Below are positions 51,300 through 63,699 of a stretch of DNA of 64,000 bases, piece after piece. The notes under the pieces were generated by a model, which was given only the letters and a program-made list of their open reading frames with translations, ran no database searches and was not told the origin of the DNA. Position 1 is the stretch's first letter. Every line of letters starts with the position of its first letter. The translations under genes were made by a program, and so were the position numbers. The DNA is from Camelus dromedarius (Eukaryota), in the NCBI RefSeq assembly GCF_036321535.1, contig NC_087437.1:88662001-88726000 (forward strand), read 5' to 3'.

Positions 51300-51320
51300 T
51301 GTGTGTGTGTGTGTGTGTGT
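51300..51320. repeat. (TG)n microsatellite inside the provirus
   Basis: Direct reading. Confidence 0.9.
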
Positions 51321-54141
51321 ATGAGTGTTTTGGTACCAGAGTCCAAATCCTATTCTCTTCCTAGTTTTGCTGAAAGTGAAGCATCTGAACATGAGTGAAT
51401 AATATATATATTATTATCTGTTACTGTTATTTCTTTATATTGAAGTGGATATTTGGGAACTGGAAAAAAAAAATCTCTGAAAATAGCCAAAATGATTGGG
51501 TTTTATATGATCCCTTAGAGGAAGAATCTGTATTTCTCTTTCTGTGCCTTTGCGATGTAAATGATCCACCCGGGCTCTCAAGGAAGAAGTGTTTTTTCAA
51601 ACTCAGGCAGAAAAACTGAGATCTCTGATTCTATCTTTATGTAAAATTAATATGTAAAAGAGCTCTACTTAATTGACTTAGAAGTAAGCACTTACAAATT
51701 AAATACTTATAAGTATAAAAGAAGCTAGACACCAGATTTCAGGCTTATGTGATCTAGGACATATTCAATATTAAATTAATATCTGATATTAAGTCTAACT
51801 TAAGCTTTTTGCATAATCAACATAGGCATGTCTTTTATTGTACCTAGATTTACTGAAGGTCAGTAGGTTCTTGTTGTTTCTGTTGTAGAATTTGCTAGAA
51901 AGAAAAAAATTCAATTAACTTGGTATGACAAAATTCTTAAGTAAATTAAATGCAAATAACATAAAAGCTTTTGGGAGAACTCTTTTGAAATAATTCTGTT
52001 TTAGGAATGTCTACTTAAAGATTATTTCTCCAGATATTTGAATACTTGAAATTTTAGACTTGGGCTAAATGTGTTAAATGATGGAAGTTTGTTGACTAGC
52101 CAGGTCACTCCCAAACAAAATAAGATACTGCAACATTATTTACTGAACATTGGCTTCCCTTTACAGAGAAACTAAAGGTGTTTGGGACTGTTATTAAATA
52201 TGTTTGGTGCCACACAGAGATTTCTATAAAAAGCACATGTTTTTAAAAATTATTATTGGTATTTATGTTTGCCAATCTACAGAATGCTAATGTAAAAGAC
52301 AGTTCATAATTGCTTACTTCTTGGTTTTCACTAGAAATTAAGGTTTTTAAGAGTTGAAGATTCTAATCTAAATGTGCCATTAAAGCTACTAAAAACAAAG
52401 GAAACATTTCAGTACACAGTAGGAAAGTAGGATATATGTTCTGAGTAAAAAGTATGAGGAATGGAATTACATTTTGTTAAGGGAAAGGTTTATAGAAAGA
52501 GACCCCTAAAAAAGGAGTTTTGTGCATGGTTGGACTGAGATTAGATTAAACTTAAGTAAATGGTAAATGGGTTTTGTTATTAAAAAAAAAAAAAGACATG
52601 CAGGACTAGATCTGCTTCCTCTCTGTTAAAGAGAACAAATTTAATTGCTTGTGATAACAGATGCTTCTGATAACAGATTGTGTGAAACTTTTTGATGTTG
52701 TTAACAAGCTTCCTATCAAATTCTAATCAAAGTTCTTTGGACTTCAGCTAACTTTGGGAGGCTTCAGACAACCCCTGAGACATCTCAGAGGGAAATATTA
52801 AACTAACTAGGATTGATTGATATGTTAAATTACATGGCATAGTCAAATGAGTGATAAGCCTCCTCAGATTATATGATAGTGATAAGTGTTATTAATATAG
52901 ATGCTCTGGAAGTTATATAAGGTTTCCGAAGTTTAGCTATGTCCTGGTGTGACGCTATCAGTCATAATTCTACTTGTTCCAGTCATAACTCTAGTTCCAG
53001 TCTTGTTGTTGTCTTTAAATGTTGTATGCCATAGGAACTGGACTAAAATTCTTTGTCAAAAATGTTGTAACCAGATCTTTACCCTTGCCTTTTTTAAGCC
53101 TTTTGTCATTTATAGACAGTTCAACCAATGCTTTGCAAAACTGCTTCATATCAGTAAGTTTCACAAAAGGGACTTTTTGACAAGTACAGTTTTCTCTTAA
53201 ATCATACTGCTGAACTGGCCAAGGTATTTAGAAGTCTTGGTGAAAACTGATTTCGTAGAACTGTTAGTAAAAAGAATTACATAGGATTGAGTAAACTGGT
53301 GAATATGGTTATAATTGTTTTGGCTTTGTCTGAAATATTACTAGCTTTTAATCTACATTTTGAAGTTGAATTGTTTATCAGATGTTTGTCTCCCTATCTG
53401 TTTTACTTCCAACCACACTGTTGGCTCCAAATGTTTAGAATAGAAAGAGAATTCTCTAACGGAGTTGTCAAAGAGTATAACTACTCATGATGAACAATAA
53501 TGCTTGCTCTAAGTCTCTTGCTAAAAGCACACCTATAATGCTGGTGTAACACTTGGGTGTAAGTGATAAAATATGGCCTATAACCTGTTTCCTCATTAAT
53601 GTGCCTTTAAGCCTGTTCACGATACCTGATTAGTTTTCTCCCAACATGGACAACTAGGCAGATATGAAGGGGGCCTAGCACTGAGGGGCATGATCTGAAC
53701 CTGTGTGGGAGCCATCTCCCCAGCATCGAGGGATGAATATATTGATTGTCAGTGCTTTCTTTTGAAAGATTTGCAATCAAAAGGGGAAGTGATGGAAAAA
53801 TATGCACATATTGAGGTATGGGGAAGTCATTCTGGCTTATACATGGTGAATTGTTACTGACCAAAGGATGATATTTTATGGCCTTTGGGACATGCACTGT
53901 ACATCTGCTTTGGCCTTGAGGAGGGGAGTGCATTTAAAAGTCTAAACGGAGTAGCTGTGATTCAGACTTCAAGGTAGAACTAGGTGACCATTGGGGGCGC
54001 GATTTCAGACATGTTCTTATATCACGGAGAACTCAAATTTTCTGAGCTGTGTCATACTTGGGAGACCACCAGTCATGCTCAAAGCAGCGCCTGCTGGCAG
54101 CTGCAACCTTTGACTTCAAGGTCTCCTCTTGTAAGTATTAA

Positions 54142-54315
54142 ATTTTAGACAATAAAATTGTTTTAGATCAGATGGTAACTAAAGAAAGGAGATGTGTGAT
54201 GTCCAATAGCTCCATATGTATATGTATATGTTATGTCCATATGTATATGTTAATACCACATCAGAAGTTAGAACCTACTTAGATTAAAGTAGGCAACTGG
54301 CCACTTGGCTACAAC
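54142..54315 (+). pseudogene. env: Decayed env TM remnant (immunosuppressive domain region)
   Basis: ILDNKIVLDQMVTKERRCVMSNSS, frameshift, then YVNTTSEVRTYLD*SRQLATWLQ; resembles gamma-type LDNRLALDYLLAEQGGVC..N..CCxYIN.SG.V......ATWL. Confidence 0.75.
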
Positions 54316-54772
54316 CTCCCCTAAAGTACCAGTTCCAGACTGGTTTTCAGGCTCATTCTCCTGAATTCCTCTGGGAATGGGGAATGGGCTCTGTTTTGTC
54401 TATTAAAGTTCTGGTTGTTACTCTTCCAGTGATTTCTAATTGGGTCTGTTGGCACCAAAAGGGTCGAGTAAAGGCCTGGGATCTTAATCATACAATACTC
54501 AGGTCCAGGACTTGAAATGCAGGTATGTTTTTCAGTTCAGTGTCCATCCCCCACAATGAGGCAGGACTATGTCCCTTTTCAGCAGGAAGTAGCCAGAGAG
54601 GTCGTCATTCCCATTCCCTGAAAGCTCTGGGGAAGGATGAAATAGAATTGGAGACTGCAACCAAGTTCCACTAAAACTAGGTTCCTCTGCTGAATTTATC
54701 TTTAACTTCTCCGTCCAAAACATTATTTCCTTTCTTGTCCAATACCTGTTCTCCTCAAGATTCAGGATTATC

Positions 54773-54789
54773 AAAGAAAAGGGGGCAAT
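54773..54789 (+). other. Polypurine tract
   Basis: aaagaaaagggggcaat immediately before the 3' LTR. Confidence 0.85.
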
Positions 54790-55251
54790 TGTAGCTGAGC
54801 AGGAGCCTGTGGGGCCCTCCAGGGTCAGACCCTCCCCCATGTCCTCTGCTGCAGCTCCTCACTGAAGCACCCAGTTAATAGTATCTCATGTATATTTCCT
54901 AAGTTTTTCAGATGCATAAAACTACCACCAAAGGGAAGAAATTTACTACTTGATGATTGAGAGCACATGGCCCTCAGACCTGGCACCTAAGGTGTTGACA
55001 GTCTTGTTCCCTCAGCATCAACCAACCAGAGAATTGTGCATAAGCAGATCATGTACTCTGCAACCCCATCCCTCACCTGGCCTTTAAATATGCTTTGCTG
55101 AAATCTTTCTGGGAGTTTGTGGTTTTGTTGGGCATTAGCTACCCGGTCCTCCTTGCTTGGCCCTGCAATAAACATTTCTCTGCTCCAAACTCCTATGTAT
55201 CAGTTTGTTTGGCCTTATGGTGTGGGGCACACAAACTTGCCCTTGGTAACA
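54790..55251 (+). mobile_element. 3' LTR
   Basis: TGTAGC...GTAACA, colinear with the 5' LTR but with many substitutions; AATAAA near 55167. Confidence 0.92.
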
Positions 55252-56504
55252 CACGGAGGCAAAGTTTTAGTTTTCCAAAACTTAGAGCATATAGGTAAAG
55301 TCATACTACTTCTACATGTAAGAAATTGTAAGATCTCTATTGTGGTAGGACATCGGGTAGAATTTTCTAGATACTGGATCTTTATTGCTATGCATCTTGT
55401 TTTTCTACAAATCAAGTCCTCTGACTCAGAATAGGTATAGGATTATTATTTAACATGAAAAGGTAATGCTCGAAGGGAAAATTTCAAGGGACAGGACTGA
55501 TTATTTTCCCAAAAGCTTCTTAAAGACTGCCTAATAAATGTGTTAGGAATAAACAGCGTCTTTTCCAGTATACTTGAAAGTGTAATACACACATTTTAAA
55601 GGTGCACTGAAATGATGTCACGTAGGCTATGACAAGGACCCTGTTTATTTAGTTTGATTTATAATTATTTTCATCATAGAAGTTTTGTTATACTGAACTG
55701 TCTGCCCGTAGGTGAAGATCTGGAATGAACAATTACATACTTAGATACAGATTTTAGATGTTTTGGTCATTTTACCATATTTCACTCCCAGTACTTCTAT
55801 AGAGAGAGCTAAGTCACAATGCTAAGTGAGAAACTTCAAATCTCTTATGTCAATGAGGCATAACTTGATAAATTCTGCATCAGAAATGGAAATATTCTCC
55901 CATGAATCTGACTTCAAATATCTATTCTCTTAAGACAATACGCGTGCCACAAAAATGGATTGTTTTTCACTTTTTGATGGGTTCTGATTACAAAAGTACC
56001 AAATATGTTTACTTCTCAATGGGAGGTCTGGTTTCCATGGGGACCGAATCAACCTCATCTGCTGTTTTGCACACCATGCTCCCTGCACCACCTCCACTTT
56101 GGCAGTACTAGAGAGTGGCTGAACACAGCTACGCTGGCAGTGTGCGCAGCCATCTATACGGTTTCTCCCTCCCTTTCCACCCCCTTCCAACAACAGAGCC
56201 CAGGAGGGGGCTTCAAGGATGTGCCGCTTTCCTCCCACTTTCAAGTTGCATCACTTGTGATGCTCTTTGAAACTGGAACATTCTACATGATGATGATAAA
56301 CATCCGCCATGTGTCACAATGTTTCTTCAAGTTAAGTGACAAATTATCTGGCAATATAATAGGTGCCTATTTTTTTTTATTGTTGTGATGGCTTTATTAA
56401 AAATTCTGCACAGATCAATGGCATTTCTTACACAGATTGATCAAATATCTCTCATATACTGGCAATTTGCCCTGTTCAGTATCTACTTACTGCTGATTCA
56501 GGTG

Positions 56505-57010
56505 TTCAGGTGTTCCTCATACACTTAATAGAGCTTGCTGTACGCCAAGTATTGTGCTCTGTCGGGGGGACAGAGAGATGAGGAAGATAGAGTTCTTACT
56601 CTCAATAGCTTAGATTCTAGAGGACAAATAACAATCACCAGAAGTGGTATCTGTGAATCACTGTGCTAAGTTTAATGGTATGACATTTGCTCGGGAGATA
56701 CCGGATAATGAAGGGACCCCAATCTTGTCTGGTGGCATTAAGAAAGCCAAAGGGAGGCTTTCTGGGGGGCTGGCTTAAGGAATGAAGATAAATTAGATAG
56801 TGAAGGAACAGCAGCTTGAAGCAGTAAATGACAGTAAGAGATAGCAGCTTCTGGCTTAGGAGCCAGAGGCAATTTTGTGCTTGACCAAAACCTGTGAGGT
56901 GGGAAACAGTAAAAGCGGTGAGCTGAAGTCAGGTCATCTATCCCCGTGTGAGATGTTAGAAGCTTTGGATTTTCTCCAAGATCATTGAAGAAGTACAAAG
57001 AGAATGCATA
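56505..57010 (-). mobile_element. L2 fragment
   Basis: ttaatagagcttgctgtacgccaagtattgtgct...ctcaatagcttagattctag...agggaggctttctg...tttggattttctccaag. Confidence 0.65.
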
Positions 57011-58605
57011 AAGAGGACAGTTGGTAGGTTGTGTGTTTTTGAGTAATTATTCATTCACAAGACCCTATGAAATTTGTGTATGAAGAAAATGAGATGTTTG
57101 AATAAATGACTAAATGGTCACTTTTTTTTTTTTTGGACCAAAACATAGCCCTGATGAATGTTGAAGCCAAAACCTTTAACATCTAAAATTCAGTATTTCA
57201 CTGAATGCAATTCATGTGTTGTCATTCAAATCGATGAGTTACATTTTATTTATTTCCACTTAGCTTAGAAAAGAGAAGAATGGCAGGAGGATGGCAGGCT
57301 GGCAAGCCTGTGGATATGTAAAAGGCTGTGGGAGAGGCAGCCAGTCAACCTGGCATTTCTTGGGTCGCTGGCAGACACCGAACCAGTGGACAAAAGATAC
57401 AGGGAGTCAAAAATAGTCTCAAAATTTGAGCTTTCCAGTGGACTATAAAAAATATAGTGAGTTTCCCACTATTAGAAGTAGAAAGGCGGAAACTTAAACA
57501 TCTGAAGGACCTCAAGAGATTATTAGTTCAGTTATCTTATTTTCCAAAAGTACAAAGTCCAAACGGGTAAAATGATTTGACTAAATCAGACAGATTTCCA
57601 TTGCTCTTTGTTCAGTTCTCTCTTCAGCCACACAAAGTATAGGATAAACACAGACGATATAAAAAGGTAATTTTGGGCATTGAGTGTGACTAAGAATTGT
57701 ATGCTTTATGTGGTCCTATCCTAGTCTGAGTCCACTGGGTTTTTTTTTTTTTTTTTTTTTGGAAGATGTTCCATTTGAACAGATTTGAGATAAAATGATG
57801 GTAAATGAGTTTGGAACATTCTGACTCCTCTCCAGTTAAAATTAATACATTTGAAATAACCACATTTTTCTCATTACCTTATTCCCATTACTGTTTTACA
57901 TTACACTATTATTAGCTAATTGAAAATTCAGAGTTCTGTTTAGTGAACATATCTTGAGGGCCTATATTGATAAGATAGTTTCTCTAGTCTAGAGGAGGGT
58001 ACAGCCAGTCGTGTGGCCATATATCATTAAAATAACAAATTTTATTCCTTAGGAAATTGACTTTAGATCACCCTGCTACTCATTTACAGCAATGTTTTGC
58101 AACAATGCAAGTAACTCTGCAAGCAGCAGTGTTACCTTAAAAATGAAGCCGTTCATTAAGAGTGAAAAACCCATGTTGGATGAAAATATTTAAGCTTCTT
58201 GAAAACTAAAAAATATCTGGGGTGATGAAAAACCAAAGATTGTGAATAGTTTTAAGAAAGAAGCTTAAGAAATATTTTGGCAAATGCTGTTAGAATATTA
58301 AATGAAGAGGTAAAGCATTTGTCTTTCATCCGGAATAGTAATAACTATTATTTGGTATTTCAAGTTACAAAATGTGTGGACATTTGTGTCTGTGTGGGTG
58401 CCATTCAGTTCAGTCTTGGGCAATTGAAATGGCTAAATAACACCCATATGGTAAACAGCTTGGTACGCCCAGTATAAAGGAAAAGGTGTTGGCAGGGAAT
58501 CTGTGAAGGAGGCATTATTATTTTAACTCATAGAGGTGATGTAAATGCCCAGCTTCCAGAGCTTTGTTTCCTTTTTAAAATTTTTTCTTCCTTCTGTTCT
58601 TTCTT

Positions 58606-58609
58606 CCAT

Positions 58610-58661
<52 letters not shown>

Positions 58662-58662
58662 T

Positions 58663-58722
<60 letters not shown>

Positions 58723-58766
58723 TTCTTTCTTTTCTTTCTTTTCTTTCTTTTCTTTCTTTTCTTTCC
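58606..58766. repeat. (TTTC)n / (TTTTC)n polypyrimidine microsatellite
   Basis: Direct reading. Confidence 0.95.
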
Positions 58767-59039
58767 TATTGCTGATATATTAGACTTTGGCTGGGTTTTC
58801 ATAGAATGGAGTATTTTTCAAGACTGAATCCTCATGTCCAGGAAAAATTACACTCTTAGTTGCCTTGGAGGGTGATAGAAGACAACCTACATATTTAGTT
58901 TTATATGACAAGAATCAGTTGCATTAAACAGAGATGGGAAAATCATAAAATCTGATTTCTAGATGACAAATTTCCATTCTTTATAGGCCAACATATGTGA
59001 AGCAAAGATAATTCAATAATAATAGTTAATCATGTTAAC

Positions 59040-59320
59040 AGTTAACGTATATTGGATATCTACTACTCCCAGGGCCATGTATTGTTGAATGGATTCAAAT
59101 AATGAGTAATTGACCGGTATTATTTTTATTAATTGCCACGTACTGATGAATGGACTTCATTTCATTCCCATAAGTCGAGGAAACTAGCATTATGATGACA
59201 CTGCTTTTGCAGGTGTGGGAATTGAAGAACTGAGAGGCTAACTTAAACCACTGAGTGTGGGGTCAGGAATCCAATCCGGGCAGTCTTGTTCCACAGCCCA
59301 GCTTTCCACGACCATGGTAC
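59040..59320 (-). mobile_element. MIR (decayed)
   Basis: ttttgcaggtgtgggaattgaagaactgagagg...caggaatccaatccgggcagtct. Confidence 0.6.
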
Positions 59321-59449
59321 GACACATTACATAGTAAGATACCAATGTTCTTACATTTTGCACAACATTTCACCAGGTGTAGAACTAGGGGAGACATTTA
59401 AGACCATGATATTTGTCTATAAAAAAAAAAATCAAGATGTTTGTCATGG

Positions 59450-59660
59450 ATTTGGGAAAGAGCTCAGAATTTGGAGTCAGGAGGACACATCTTTAAATCT
59501 CCATCCTGCCAGTCTTGTGAGGTACTTGCCTTCTGTGAGCCCCACCTTCTTCATCTTTAAAACGGCAGCATCATTTCCCACATAGTGCTGTTTGAGGACT
59601 AAATTAAATACATTTAGCTAATTGCTGGCCTATGGTTTGCTTTCAGTGAACTGTTGTTTT
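59450..59660 (+). mobile_element. MIR
   Basis: ggaaagagctcagaatttggagtcaggaggac...tcatctttaaaacgg...tgtttgaggactaaattaaata. Confidence 0.75.
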
Positions 59661-61069
59661 TCCAAAGCAAAGATCCGGTGTTTATCAAGAATACTTTGTG
59701 ACAGACCAGTTATCTTCATTTAGCAGAATGAAGTTCAAGTATTGAATCATTTTTGAGGTCTATCTATCAATGTAGTAATTGCAATCTTAAATTTCTGAGT
59801 TTAGAAACTTCAAACTGATGCTTATCAGAAGTAAAAATTAAATTATTTGTCTGTATTACATAAAGCAATGGCTTTGAACACACAACCCTAGATTACTAAC
59901 ATTAGGGGCATAAAATACTATACTAATGCCAAATCTGTAGCTATTTCTGAGTTTTTACATGAACTTTTCCATAGAATTAATTTTTTTAATTGACTATCTA
60001 TCCATAGAAAAGTTTCTTAATAATTACCATAGAGGGTAATAGGGAAGACAATTTTTATGTTTTGTTTTTATATACCAGGAATCAAAACTTTAAAGTCTCA
60101 CAGAAAATTGAGCTGAACTATTAATCTTTAACATGTTTTAAAATATAACATCCCTAAAACAATACACCTTTGAAGATGAATAATATCTTTTTTTGAAAAC
60201 TAGTCAAACTGCATGACACATAATGCCTTAAAACATTTTCTTATTTTATTATATTTTTAATGAATTTTTATACATTTTGAAAAAGCACTCAGGCTGGATT
60301 AGATAATGATGTCTGCAATACAAGAATATCTTTTTAAAACAACTAAAAGAGATTAAGCACTGTGTTTAGTGGGAACAGTCTGTCAGAGGCAATCTGAACA
60401 CAAACCAATTTAAGGAAGATAGTCCATAAACATGTTAAGGAAATAAAAATCTGATCTAGGGCGGGTGCGTCACATAAAGAGAAAAAAAATGCTACATTTT
60501 TACTTTAATAAAGTATAGACTTCATATATATCTTACACTTAACACAAAATAAACTATCACTGAGATCTAAACATTTAAGGATTTTTGCCTATAAAGAGTC
60601 AAAAATGTAGAACTTTCAGAATCATCTGCCTTTTGACATTGATTTGGAAACTTCAAATAACTTCTACTTTCAAGTCTGGCAACGAGGGACTCACACCACA
60701 TGCAGAAGTATCAATATAACTTAACTAATCTTTCGGACACATGGAAGAGCAGCCTAGGACGCGGCTTGAGACAGCTGGATCCCATGTGCCTTGTTTTCGG
60801 TGTCTGTCACTGGGGTGGATGAGCCCCACCTTGAAATGCGGGCGGAATAGTCTCTTCACTCAGCGTGCAGAAGGCCTACGTGGCAGGGCTGAAATCAATA
60901 GTCACACATGGTCTGTGAAATCGAATCGATTCAAAGTTTTCTCTTGGTGATATTAGCAATGGTAACGGATGATTTATCAAGCTCCATCACCACTTGGAAT
61001 TCATGAATTTCAAATTCAAAGTTGAGTCTTTGGTAGCAAATACATCTGTCTTTGGCTTACTCTGGAGTT

Positions 61070-61235
61070 CGCAATCTGGGTGCATGGACCGACTTCAGGG
61101 GCCCAAGGAGCCTGGGACCACAGTGAGATTGTGTGCTGTTTCATGTACACGTGCGGTTTTCTACAAAGAGGGCCCTTAACTGCTATTACATTCTCAAGCG
61201 GATCTATAAACGAACAAAAAGGTAAGAATCACTAC
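61070..61235. mobile_element. hAT-Charlie MER relic
   Basis: catggaccgacttcagggg...attctcaagcggatcta...aaaaaggtaagaatcact. Confidence 0.55.
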
Positions 61236-61484
61236 ATTGAGAGTGAGAGAAAAGGAACTCCAAACCCATCACGATGTTTAAAGACGCTAGGAAGAATTGG
61301 CCCAAGTTTAAATTTTGTGTTTTTAAATTAATAAAAAAAACAGTTTTTTAGAGGCTCTCTAAACAGTTTTCAAAATACCCTGATGAGGCAATCAGGGAAC
61401 TATCCTTATTTGGATGGATGAGCTAATACTGAGAATCTGAAATGCATAGTCAGAGGGAGGAGTAAGAGAGAGTGAAAAAGTCAT

Positions 61485-61705
61485 AACCATTTATCTAGTA
61501 AGCATTAGGCACCAGGCACTGAGCTGGGCACTTTACATGCATGAGTGCACAGGGATCTTAAACGTCACTAGGCAGCATCATTAGTCTCAAGTGACAGATT
61601 AAATATGAAAGCAGAAATTAAAGAAACTTGATCAAGGTAACGCAGGTGGTGAGAGGGTGATCTGAAGCCCTCACCCAGGTCTGACTGGACTGTACTGTTT
61701 ATGAT
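61485..61705 (-). mobile_element. MIR
   Basis: ccaggcactgagctgggcactttacatgcat...aattaaagaaacttgatcaaggt...acccaggtctgact. Confidence 0.7.
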
Positions 61706-62327
61706 ATATCATTATGTCTTTGTGTGTTTAAACAAATCTTAGCATTCTGTAGGTAAAAAAAAATGTCCAGGATTCTGTTTTATTCTTCAGTATTTAGGTG
61801 GTAAGTTTGGTGCCTAGGTAAAACTAGGCATTAATTATGAAATGAATATATCTAGCCCAAGCTACCATTTAATTAGAGAAAATATTAGAACAAGAGAAGG
61901 AAATTATTTTATTAAAGGCCATTCACCTAGTTAGTAGTAAAAGTCATGGAAGTCCAACATCTGTCTCCTTGATAAAAGATTCTGTCTTCCACCATGAGTG
62001 GTAGCCCATTCCGCAATACCTCTCCATCCCTGGATCAGGACTGGCTCTCTGAAGTAGATGACGTTTCTTTTTCTAAATTGTTCTAAATGATTGCACTCAA
62101 GAAACAGTTAAATTAACACTCTATACTTAACACTGTCCTTAAAAAGAATTTGCCCTCTACCATTGTATAGATTCCTTCAGCTGATACATTTTTTTTCTAA
62201 TGTTCTTTCTTACTCTGTCCCTCTGATTTATAAAGGATCATGTAATTCTTCATATCCTGTTTTGTAAATTCACCTTCACTATACCTCTAGCAAATAAAAG
62301 GGAACACGCCCCAAACTGAACCCTTTC

Positions 62328-62466
62328 CAGGGCAGCCTTCCTGGTGAAGGGATTTGGGCGGACCACAGGGTTCAGCCCTTGGTTTAATGTGATGCTGTTT
62401 CTGTCTTGAAATTCTTAGTAAATTTTCATTTTGAACTGGGCTTCATAAACTGTGTTGCCAGTGCTG
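62328..62466. mobile_element. MER45A-like hAT-Tip100 relic
   Basis: cagggcagccttc...cttggtttaatg...gtcttgaaattcttag...ttttcattttgaactgggc...gccagtgctg. Confidence 0.7.
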
Positions 62467-62714
62467 CTGCTTCATTCTCCTCTTGCCAACTAATGTGAAT
62501 CTGGTCTCCATCTTCTCTGTTTTTTAAGAACATAACCACTATCTGCCTCATTATATAATGTTGGACACAAAGCTTCATCTCCACTTCACCTCTCCTTGAC
62601 CACCTCCATATCCAATTGTTTGCAAAGTTGTGTCAAGTCTAACCTCACAAGGTGTCTTATGAATCCTTTTTTCCTTTCCTACTACATTCAATAGAAAAAA
62701 AAAATCCTAACAAA

Positions 62715-62890
62715 ACTCAGACTTGATTTGAAATAGAATCTCTGTCACTTATTAGTTGTAAGACTTTCAGCAAGTTGAATAACTTCTTGAATGTCTATTT
62801 TCTCATCTATAAACTAGTAAGAATAAAACTTACTTTGCAGATGTAAGGACTAGAAATACAATTTGGTAAGTATTTAGGACAGTGCCTATT
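62715..62890 (+). mobile_element. MIR
   Basis: ctctgtcacttattagttgt...caagttgaataacttc...tttctcatctataaa...tttaggacagtgcct. Confidence 0.75.
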
Positions 62891-63084
62891 TTTAATTTAG
62901 AGAGGGTCTCATAAGACTAAATTTTAATTCTCTCTCAACTTTAAACAATTCTTTATCCTGGTATCAGTTATCAATATATTTTATCCATATATTATTCATC
63001 CATCCAGCACTTATTTAGTACTCATTTCCATAAGGATTTTAAAACAGTGCCTCCCCCTGAAAAAAAAAAAACCAGTGCCCCCAA

Positions 63085-63665
63085 ATTTATTGATAATTCT
63101 GCTATCTAGAAATGGGGCCTACATCTCCTCCTTTTGAATATGAGCAGGTATGGAACTGCTTCAGCCAATAGAGTGGAAATGCCACCAGGTGATTTATGAA
63201 GCTGGATCAAACTAACACTACATCATAAATCAACTATACCTCAATTAAAAAAAAAACAAAAGGCCTGTAATTACCAACTTATTTGCTGGAATCCTTCCTC
63301 CTGGAGCCCTGATTCACCATGCAAAACGTCCAACAACCCAGAGGCAACCATGCTGTGAGGAAGTCAAGCCACATGGAGATGTCATACACGGTTGCTCAGT
63401 CACAGCCCTGTTCTTCGAGTTGTCCCCACCCAGGCACCAGCAACAGAAGTGAACAAGCCTTCAGATTCCAGCTCCCTGGCAGTGAAGTCATCCCAGCCTT
63501 CAAGTCCTCTCCAGTGAGGCTCCAGATTACAAGGAGCAGGCAAGCCATGCCCTCTATGCTGTTTGAATTTCTGAGCTACAAAATCCACAAGCATAATGAA
63601 ATGTTTCTTTTAAGCCACAGGTAAAGTTGGGAATCATTTATTATATTGCAATTTTAAGTGGAACA
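63085..63665 (+). mobile_element. MaLR LTR (MLT1G-like)
   Basis: aaccatgctgtgaggaagtcaagccacatggag...tttcttttaagccac...gtggaaCA. Confidence 0.8.
63210..63256 (+). mobile_element. Very short L1 3' tip inserted in MLT1
   Basis: aactaacac...taaatcaactatacctcaattaaaaaaaaaa is the typical laurasiatherian L1 terminus. Confidence 0.7.
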
Positions 63666-63699
63666 GCTCCAAACTGGGGGGAAAAAAAAACACATGTAT

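Larger units (their letters stand above)
49823..55251 (+). mobile_element. Non-autonomous ERV1-class provirus (5.4 kb), no pol detected
   Basis: Two homologous LTRs, PBS, PPT, TSD catg (49819-49822) / cacg (55252-55255) differing by a CpG transition, gag and env remnants. Confidence 0.92.

Noticed and set aside
58545..58802. Lys/Arg/Glu-rich and Phe/Leu/Ser-rich ORFs
   Set aside because: Translation of the (TTTC)n microsatellite
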